From contig JAFVQJ010000023.1 in the NCBI GenBank assembly GCA_017504945.1, positions 11,745 through 75,744 of the forward strand: DNA of 64,000 nt. Direction: 5' to 3'. The notes beneath the pieces are model-generated. The model saw only the letters and a list, made by a program, of their open reading frames with translations. It had not been told where the DNA came from and did not search any database. The first letter of the stretch is position 1. Each line of letters begins with the position of its first letter. Made by a program: the position numbers and the translations under genes. Origin of the DNA: Clostridia bacterium (GTDB lineage: Bacteria > Bacillota > Clostridia > Oscillospirales > RGIG5299). Below, one piece after another: positions 57,415-64,000 of the stretch.

Positions 57415-57792
57415 ATGTATAAAATGCTTAAAATAGCGCCCGAAATGTCAGGCTATTTTCTTGAAAAATTCGGGTACGATAAGGAAATTTCCGTTTTCGG
57501 CTCGTGTGATGACCGTGGCTTTTTGGCCCTTTGCTTCTACGATGAGAAAAAAGAGCCCGCAGAGATAGTAGGCTTTCACGTTTACGAGAAAACGGAGGAA
57601 AGCTATTGGATAGAAAATATCATCAGAGCCACCATAAACAGCCTTGAGCTTTCGGGCAGCAAGGTGTGTGAATACAGGGGCAAGGAATATATTCCGCAGT
57701 TTAAGGCGTGCAGATTCAAGGAAAAGGACGGAATCCTTTCCGCCGATCTTAAGGCAATATTTGCCGCAGGCTCACCGTGCTGCCATGGATAA
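57415..57792 (+). CDS. Hypothetical protein
   Basis: In-operon ORF with RBS GGAG; overlaps the next gene start. Confidence 0.6.
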   Translation: MYKMLKIAPEMSGYFLEKFGYDKEISVFGSCDDRGFLALCFYDEKKEPAEIVGFHVYEKTEESYWIENIIRATINSLELSGSKVCEYRGKEYIPQFKACRFKEKDGILSADLKAIFAAGSPCCHG

Positions 57793-58996
57793 GAGAAGGG
57801 TAGCGGTAATAGGCGGCGGCGCCGCGGGAATGATGGCGGCAATAACAGCCGCAGGCGAAGGCAAAGAGGTAACTCTTTTTGAAAAAAACAAAATGCTCGG
57901 CAGAAAGCTTTTGATAACGGGCAAGGGCAGATGCAACGTCACCAACGATTGCGAGCCCGAGGAGCTTATAAAAAACGTAGCTACAAATCCGCGCTTTCTG
58001 TACAGCGCTTTTTACGGCTTTGATTCACACAAGACCATGGAATATTTCGAGAGTCGCGGAGTCAAGCTCAAAACGGAGAGAGGACGTCGCGTTTTTCCCG
58101 AAAGCGATCGCTCGGCAGACATTGTAAACGCTCTTCGCAAAAATATAAATGAGTTAAATATAAATATAATAAACGACACTGTAGTTTCAGTTGATTTTGA
58201 TAAAACGGTATGCTGTAAGGGCAAAAGCTACCGTTTCGATTCGGTTATTATCGCAACGGGCGGAAAATCATATCCGCTAACCGGCTCCACGGGCGACGGC
58301 TACCGATTTGCGACCTCACTCGGTCATAGTGTGACGCCGCTTACTCCCGCCCTCGTTCCTGTTAACACGAAGGAAAAATGGGTGCGCGATCTTTCGGGAC
58401 TTTCCCTCAAAAACGTCGACCTTGTCTGCCGTCAGGGAGGAAAAAGAATCTTTTCCGAGCGCGGCGAAATGCTTTTTACCCACACGGGCGTTTCGGGACC
58501 TCTCGTTCTCTCGCTCTCATCGGTGCTTGATCCCAAAAGACTTGAGGAGGCGGAGCTTACTATCGACTTAAAGCCGGCGCTTGACGAAAAAACGCTTGAA
58601 AACCGCATAATGCGCGAGATAGAGGCGGAGAAAAACCGCGAGATAAAAAACGTATTGCGAAAGCTTCTGCCGCAGACGCTTATCGTTCCGGTTTTAACTT
58701 TATCGGCGGTAAACGGCGAGAAAAAGGCAAACTCCGTTACCGTTTCTGAGAGGCAGGCGCTCGTTAAAACTCTTAAAGGAATAAAGCTCACGGTAAAGGA
58801 GCTTGGCGGCTTTGACGAGGCTGTTATAACCTCGGGCGGTGTATCGGTCAGGGAGATAGACCCCAAGACGATGCAGTCAAAAATAGTTAAAGACCTGTAT
58901 TTTGCAGGCGAAATAATAGACGTAGATGCATATACCGGCGGCTACAATCTTCAAATAGCCTTTTCAACGGGCTATCTTGCCGGTAAAAACGCATAA
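57785..58996 (+). CDS. HI0933/YhiN-family flavoprotein
   Basis: Start MDKRRVAVIGGGAAG at 57785; GRKLLITGKGRCNVTN, ATGGKSYPLTGSTGDG, TGGYNLQIAFSTG. Confidence 0.92.
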   Translation: MDKRRVAVIGGGAAGMMAAITAAGEGKEVTLFEKNKMLGRKLLITGKGRCNVTNDCEPEELIKNVATNPRFLYSAFYGFDSHKTMEYFESRGVKLKTERGRRVFPESDRSADIVNALRKNINELNINIINDTVVSVDFDKTVCCKGKSYRFDSVIIATGGKSYPLTGSTGDGYRFATSLGHSVTPLTPALVPVNTKEKWVRDLSGLSLKNVDLVCRQGGKRIFSERGEMLFTHTGVSGPLVLSLSSVLDPKRLEEAELTIDLKPALDEKTLENRIMREIEAEKNREIKNVLRKLLPQTLIVPVLTLSAVNGEKKANSVTVSERQALVKTLKGIKLTVKELGGFDEAVITSGGVSVREIDPKTMQSKIVKDLYFAGEIIDVDAYTGGYNLQIAFSTGYLAGKNA

Positions 58997-59012
58997 AAGA
59001 AAGGATATTTAT

Positions 59013-59684
59013 ATGGATCGCATCATAAATATAGCAGTGGACGGACCTTCCGGCGCAGGAAAAAGCACACTTTGCAAGCTTCTTGCAAAAAAATACGGGC
59101 TTATTCATCTCGACACGGGCGCGCTTTACCGCGCTGTCGGCTCCTACGCTCTTTCAAAGGGAAAGGATACCAAGTCGGTTGCCGAGATAGAGCCGCTTCT
59201 TTCGGAGATAAAAATCGAGGTCGATTACAAGGACGGAAAGCAGCTCACCTTCGTTAACGGCGAGGATTATACCGAGAGAATAAGATATCCCGAGGTATCC
59301 ATGGCGGCTTCAAACGTTTCGGCGCTTGTGCCCGTAAGAAGCTTTTTGCTCGATATTCAGCGTCAAATAGGCAAAAAGCAGAGCGTCGTGCTCGACGGCA
59401 GAGATATCGGCACCGTTGTTTTGCCCGATGCGGATATAAAGATATTTATGACCGTCGACGCAAGAGAACGCGCAAAGCGCCGCACCGCCGAGCTTTTGGA
59501 AAAGGGCTTTGAGGCAAAGGAGGAGGAGATATACAAAGAGATACTTCTTCGCGATAAAAACGACTCCACCCGCGCCACAGCACCCCTAAAGAGAGCCGAC
59601 GACGCCATTGATTTTATAAACGAAAACGGTATTGAGCAGAGCTTTGAAAGGCTTTGCGCCGTAATAGAGGAAAAGCTTAAATGA
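59013..59684 (+). CDS. cmk: Cytidylate kinase
   Basis: AVDGPSGAGKST, DTGALYRA, LDGRDIGTVVLPDA, RDKNDSTR. Confidence 0.95.
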   Translation: MDRIINIAVDGPSGAGKSTLCKLLAKKYGLIHLDTGALYRAVGSYALSKGKDTKSVAEIEPLLSEIKIEVDYKDGKQLTFVNGEDYTERIRYPEVSMAASNVSALVPVRSFLLDIQRQIGKKQSVVLDGRDIGTVVLPDADIKIFMTVDARERAKRRTAELLEKGFEAKEEEIYKEILLRDKNDSTRATAPLKRADDAIDFINENGIEQSFERLCAVIEEKLK

Positions 59685-60247
59685 AAAAAGGATTTGTTTT
59701 CGGCTTTGTGGGAGCGCTCGTTAAGGTGATATTCCCCTATAAGCTTGTTTTCAAGGGCGAGGTGCCCCGTGAAGGCTCCTTGGTAGCCTGCGCCAACCAC
59801 CTTTCATATATCGACTTTTTCTTCGTGCACGATGCTATCGGGCGCCACGTTTCCTTTATGGCAAAAAAGGAGCTTACCCGATTTAAGATATTCGATTATT
59901 TTATGAAGAAAAACAACATTATCCCCGTTAACCGCAATGCAAACGATATCACGGCGATAAAGCGATCCCTTAAGGTGTTAAAGAGCGGTAACGTGCTCGG
60001 TATTTTCCCCGAGGGCACGAGAAAATACAAAAACAAGACGGATGAATTTCACAACGGCGCCGCAATGGTCGCGATAAGGACCGCTTCGCCCGTCGTTCCT
60101 ATAAGAATAATCTCAAAGAACGACAGAGTGCGAGTTTTCAGGCGCTCGACGGTAATAATCGGCGAGCCGATAGACCTTGGCGGAATAAAGGATTACGACG
60201 AGGCGTCCCGCATTATAAAAGAAAAAATATATTCGTTGGAGATATAA
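59681..60247 (+). CDS. plsC: 1-acyl-sn-glycerol-3-phosphate acyltransferase
   Basis: NHLSYID, FMAKKEL, IFPEGTR. Confidence 0.9.
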   Translation: MKKGFVFGFVGALVKVIFPYKLVFKGEVPREGSLVACANHLSYIDFFFVHDAIGRHVSFMAKKELTRFKIFDYFMKKNNIIPVNRNANDITAIKRSLKVLKSGNVLGIFPEGTRKYKNKTDEFHNGAAMVAIRTASPVVPIRIISKNDRVRVFRRSTVIIGEPIDLGGIKDYDEASRIIKEKIYSLEI

Positions 60248-60248
60248 A

Positions 60249-62237
60249 TTGGAAATAGAGATTGCAAAGACCGCCGGCTTTTGCTTCGGGGTAGACAGGG
60301 CGGTCTCCGAGCTTTATAAGCTGATAGAGCAGGGAAACGGTAAAAGGATATTTACCGTGGGCCCCATAATACATAATCCGCATATAATAAACGACCTCGA
60401 GAAAAAAGGAGTTTACGCGGTAAACGACGTGTCCGAGCTTCCGCCCGACTGCTTCGCGGTCATAAGGACTCACGGAGTAACGGCAGATACGGTAAAATAC
60501 CTTTCAGAAAACGGAATGGAATACGCCGACTTTACTTGCCCCTTCGTTAAGAAAATTCAAAAGCTTGCCGACAGCACCGATGAAGAAACCCTCTTTTTGA
60601 TAGCGGGCGATATAACTCATCCCGAGGTGAAGGGAATAGTCAGCTATGCAAAAGGCGAGGTAATTGCCTTTAACTCGGCGGATGAATTGGAAAAAATTGT
60701 AAAAGAAAAGCCCGAAATCAGAGAAAAAAAGGCAATTTTGGCGGCGCAGACCACCTTCAGCCTTAACGAATGGAAAAAAATTTCCGAAATTTCAAGAAAA
60801 TACTTTATTTTTTTAACAATATATGATACAATATGCGATGCAACTGAAAAAAGGCAGCGTGAAGCAAGTCGGCTGGCGCTCGAGAACGATGCTGTGATCG
60901 TTATCGGCGGTAAGAAAAGCTCGAATACGGCAAAGCTTTTTGAAACGGCGTCGCAGCTTTGCAAAAACACTTTTTTGGTTGAAAATGTCGGTGAAATTCC
61001 GATAAATATTATAAAGAAAGCAAAAAAGATTGGTGTTACCGCAGGAGCATCGACTCCCAAGGGTATCATCAAGGAGGTAGTAGAAGAGATGTCAGAATTG
61101 AACGGAGAAAATTTTAACGATATCAGCTTCGAGGAGGGTTTACTTGCAACGCTTAAGCCTGTTTCCAACGGAGACAGAGTTACCGCAACCGTAATAGCAG
61201 TAGCATCCGGCGAAATTCAGCTTGATATCGGTACGAAGCACGCAGGCTATATGTCGGCTTCGGAATTTTCTGTAACACCTGTAGCCGATCTTCGCAAGGT
61301 CGTCAACGTAGGTGACGAAATGGAGGTGCAGGTCGTTCGTGTAAATGACGTCGAAGGCACGGTTGCGCTCTCGCGCAAGCGCGTTGAATTTGATGCATTT
61401 AAGAAAGAACTCGATGACGCGGCAAAGACCGGTGTTGTTTTGTCCGGAAAGGTAACCGAAGTTATCAATAACGCAGGCGTTATCGTAACCTATAAGGGTC
61501 AGACCGTATTCGTACCCGCTGCACAGACCGGCATTGCAAAGGACGGAGACCTTTCCGTTTTAGCAGGCAAGGAAGTTAACTTCAAAATAATCGGTATCAG
61601 AATTGAGCGCCGTCGCCGCAAGGTAGTGGGCTCCATTAAGTATGCCGAGAGAGACGTAAGAAAAGAAGCGATCGAAAAGGTATTTTCCGATATAGAGATC
61701 GGCAAGGAATACGAGGGCACCGTAAAGTCCATCACTCCCTTCGGCGCATTCGTCGATATCGGCGGTGTTGACGGCCTCGTTCACATTTCCGAGCTTTCAT
61801 GGAAGAAGATCAAGCATCCCTCCGAGGTAGTTTCGGTAGGCGATACCGTAAAGGTATTCGTAAAGGACTTTTCCGAGGAGACCCACAAGATCTCACTCGG
61901 TTACCGTCGTCCCGAGGATAACCTCTTCTTCGCATTTATCAAGGACAATCAGATAGGCGACGTTATCGACGTTAAGATCGTTAAGATCATGCCCTACGGC
62001 GCATTTGCAGAGATAGTTTCCGGCGTTGACGGCTACATTCACATCTCGCAGATAGCAAACTGCCGTGTAAACAACATTAACGACTACCTCAAGGTAGGCG
62101 ACGTTGTTAAGGCAAAGATCACCGAAATAAACAACGAAAAATTCCGCGTTTCTCTCTCAATAAGAGCGCTTCTTGAGGAAGCACCCGCAGAGGAAGCTGC
62201 TGCAGAAGAAGCTGCAGAAGCAGTAGAAGCAGAGTAA
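60249..62237 (+). CDS. ispH: Bifunctional IspH (LytB) / ribosomal protein S1-like fusion
   Basis: AGFCFGV, IIHN, RTHG, TCPFV, QTT, TICDAT, SSN, TAGASTP, then four S1 repeats (FGAFVDIGGVDGLVHISE). Confidence 0.94.
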   Translation: MEIEIAKTAGFCFGVDRAVSELYKLIEQGNGKRIFTVGPIIHNPHIINDLEKKGVYAVNDVSELPPDCFAVIRTHGVTADTVKYLSENGMEYADFTCPFVKKIQKLADSTDEETLFLIAGDITHPEVKGIVSYAKGEVIAFNSADELEKIVKEKPEIREKKAILAAQTTFSLNEWKKISEISRKYFIFLTIYDTICDATEKRQREASRLALENDAVIVIGGKKSSNTAKLFETASQLCKNTFLVENVGEIPINIIKKAKKIGVTAGASTPKGIIKEVVEEMSELNGENFNDISFEEGLLATLKPVSNGDRVTATVIAVASGEIQLDIGTKHAGYMSASEFSVTPVADLRKVVNVGDEMEVQVVRVNDVEGTVALSRKRVEFDAFKKELDDAAKTGVVLSGKVTEVINNAGVIVTYKGQTVFVPAAQTGIAKDGDLSVLAGKEVNFKIIGIRIERRRRKVVGSIKYAERDVRKEAIEKVFSDIEIGKEYEGTVKSITPFGAFVDIGGVDGLVHISELSWKKIKHPSEVVSVGDTVKVFVKDFSEETHKISLGYRRPEDNLFFAFIKDNQIGDVIDVKIVKIMPYGAFAEIVSGVDGYIHISQIANCRVNNINDYLKVGDVVKAKITEINNEKFRVSLSIRALLEEAPAEEAAAEEAAEAVEAE

Positions 62238-62240
62238 AAG

Positions 62241-62268
62241 AAAAAAGCCTCTCCCTCGGGAGAGGCTT
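62241..62268 (+). terminator. Terminator after ispH-rpsA
   Basis: AAAGCCTCTCCC-TC-GGGAGAGGCTTT. Confidence 0.7.
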
Positions 62269-62343
62269 TAACATTATTAAAGACACTTGCTTATAATGAT
62301 AGTGCGGGGAAGACCGCAAAACAAAATAAGCAGGTGAAACAAT

Positions 62344-62994
62344 GTGAAATTCGGAGTAGCATTGCTTCGTTTTGACGGCGGCGCGGGCGAACTGGGAGTG
62401 CTTGCGGCGCTTGACAGCTTGGGAGTTAAGGTCGGCGCAATATCGGGTGTGGGAATAAACGCCATCGGCGCAATGCTTTATGCGTCGTGCACCGATGCCT
62501 TAAGCGCCTGCAAAACGGTAACGGACCTTTCTCCCCACAAAAGCCTGCGCGATATACTGTTTCGTTCAAAGGCAAGAGGAAGAAAACGGCTTATTGCCGA
62601 GCTTGAAAGGGCAAGGGTAAAAAGACTTTGCGATATGAGAATACCCGTCTACCTTATGGTAGCGGACAAGGACGGGCAGATAACCGTTATAACGTCGGAT
62701 AAGGGCTTTATAAGCGGAAGCTACGGCAAAAAATGCGAGCTGTCGGCGGTCTCTGCCGCGGATCTCATATTGCAGTGCTCGAAAAACCGAGTTGAGAGAG
62801 GAATAAACTTCAAAAACCCTCTCGAGATGCAGAACATAGACGCGATTATAAGCATAAGCGGCGAGGAACGAAAAAGCGGAAGGACCGATTACGGCTATAA
62901 CCTTTCGCTTGGCAAAAGCACTGCCTTTAAGACGGCGTACGACGGAGTCATATCGGAAAACGAAGAAATGCTGAAGTCAATTTTTTTAAGATAG
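62344..62994 (+). CDS. Degenerate patatin-like protein
   Basis: GGAGELGVLAALDSLGVKVGAISGVGINAIGAMLYAS resembles the patatin N-terminus, but the GxSxG serine is absent. Confidence 0.55.
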   Translation: MKFGVALLRFDGGAGELGVLAALDSLGVKVGAISGVGINAIGAMLYASCTDALSACKTVTDLSPHKSLRDILFRSKARGRKRLIAELERARVKRLCDMRIPVYLMVADKDGQITVITSDKGFISGSYGKKCELSAVSAADLILQCSKNRVERGINFKNPLEMQNIDAIISISGEERKSGRTDYGYNLSLGKSTAFKTAYDGVISENEEMLKSIFLR

Positions 62995-63004
62995 GAAGAT
63001 AACT

Positions 63005-63406
63005 ATGCAAAGATGCGGCGAGGTAATCGGGATTGAGGGAAACAGCGCTACGGTGCGAGTAAAAATGGCAAACTCATGCAGTCCCGAATGTGAAAATTAC
63101 GGTTTATGCAAAAAGCACGAGGAGGATATCGTTGCAATAAACTCCGTCGGTGCCAAGGTGGGCGACAGAGTAAAGCTCGAAACTCCCGACGGCCCTCTTT
63201 TGCTCTATGCCTTCATAACCTTTATTATCCCGCTCTTTCTTTGTCTTTTGCTTGCGGGAGCGGCTTGGTGTATTACCGAGTCGGCAATAGCGGCAATGAT
63301 CGGCGGTGCGGTAGGTCTTGCCCTGTCGGCAGTTGTGGTTTTCAAGACCGACAGAAAGCTGAAAAAGACCGAAAAACCGTCAGTAATAACCGAAATAGAA
63401 GAATAA
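63005..63406 (+). CDS. RseC/MucC family protein
   Basis: GEVIGI...CSPECENYGLC, NSVGAKVGDRV, YAFITFIIPL, two TM helices. Confidence 0.8.
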   Translation: MQRCGEVIGIEGNSATVRVKMANSCSPECENYGLCKKHEEDIVAINSVGAKVGDRVKLETPDGPLLLYAFITFIIPLFLCLLLAGAAWCITESAIAAMIGGAVGLALSAVVVFKTDRKLKKTEKPSVITEIEE

Positions 63407-63413
63407 ACGCTTC

Positions 63414-63442
63414 AAAAGGCTCTTTTTGTAAAGAGCCTTTTT
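63414..63442 (+). terminator. Terminator
   Basis: AAAAGGCTCTTT-TTGT-AAAGAGCCTTTT. Confidence 0.7.
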
Positions 63443-63451
63443 GTTATAATG

Positions 63452-63521
63452 TGCAAAAAATTGCTGAATTGTTGCAAAAAATTGCTATCTACTTGAAAAA
63501 TGAAAAAAATGCTGATATAAT
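63452..63521 (+). promoter_or_regulatory. sigma-A promoter with an upstream 14-bp direct-repeat operator
   Basis: TGCAAAAAATTGCT at 63452 and 63473; TTGAAA (63493-98), 17 nt, TG-TATAAT (63516-21). Confidence 0.7.
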
Positions 63522-63579
63522 ATAATACGTTAGAATATATCTAATTTTAAAACTATTATTTAGAAAGGAAAAAACAGCA

Positions 63580-64000
63580 ATGAAAAGAATTTTGGCAATC
63601 ATTCTCACCGCCGTTATGCTCGTTGGCTGCATCGGAATTCTCGCATCGTGCGGAGCTCCCGAGGTTCAGTCAACTATCGTTGACGGCAAATTCGACCCCG
63701 CGATCACCATTACCTGGGCGTATCCCTTCGTAGGCTCCGGTCAGGAAACGGTCGATCACCACAAGGATGCCGACGGCAATCCCGACTGGACTACCGCTGA
63801 CACCTCGTGGACCAGACTTGCTCAAGAGCAGTACGGCATTAAAATGAAGCTCGAGTGGGAGATACACGACGGCGGAGCTTACATTGATAAGCTCAACAAT
63901 GCAGTATTCCTCGGCGAGATCCCCGATTACGTAAACTGCCTTTACGACACCTTCGCAATAGATTTCGTAAAGAAGCTTTACGATGCCGATCTCATTCAGT
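63580..64000 (+). CDS. ABC transporter extracellular solute-binding lipoprotein (carbohydrate type), runs off the right window edge
   Basis: Not in the ORF track. Hand translation MKRILAIILTAVMLVGCIGILASCGAPEV...EQYGIKMKLEW...YIDKLNNAVFLGEIPDYV; lipobox LASC; RBS GAAAGGA. Confidence 0.8.
   Translation, partial: MKRILAIILTAVMLVGCIGILASCGAPEVQSTIVDGKFDPAITITWAYPFVGSGQETVDHHKDADGNPDWTTADTSWTRLAQEQYGIKMKLEWEIHDGGAYIDKLNNAVFLGEIPDYVNCLYDTFAIDFVKKLYDADLIQ

Noticed and set aside
60249-62237. IspH-S1 fusion as a novelty
   Set aside because: Well known in Clostridia, in the same cmk-plsC-ispH/rpsA context.
63670-63867. 65-aa minus-strand ORF
   Set aside because: Shadow of the solute-binding lipoprotein gene starting at 63580.

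Overview
64 kb of chromosome from a spore-forming Clostridia-type Firmicute. Evidence for that assignment: gerKA/KC/KB, spoIID, a spoIIQ-like gene, a sigH-like gene, the ispH-rpsA fusion and sigma-A promoters. The right half (~28-64 kb) is mostly conserved housekeeping genes: der-plsY-gpsA, rpmF, dnaD/dnaC-like, yaaO-darA-holB-ricT, gltA, proBA, zapA-dut-mreBCD-pbp2-pyrB and cmk-plsC-ispH/rpsA. The left half (~1-28 kb) is accessory. It holds (i) a tandem pair of secreted proteins with near-identical flanks and swapped central domains; (ii) a transposase-free, inverted-repeat-bounded cargo insertion that splits a terminator hairpin; (iii) an LctBCD-type LDH/Etf operon with a Rex-like box; (iv) an enoate reductase + two-subunit aconitase X operon beside a TAXI-TRAP transporter; and (v) tRNA-Thr and tRNA-Tyr. 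The most unusual signal is two non-coding ~175 bp 'hairpin ladders' (17161-17340 and 27461-27635) with unrelated sequences but the same design. Each has four copies of a short motif followed by four copies of its reverse complement, interleaved with mini-hairpins. Each sits between a terminator and a near-consensus extended -10 promoter that points into an AT-rich orphan membrane-protein gene. No CRISPR array, rRNA, integrase or intact transposase was seen. All protein calls come from motif recognition by eye, not database searches.
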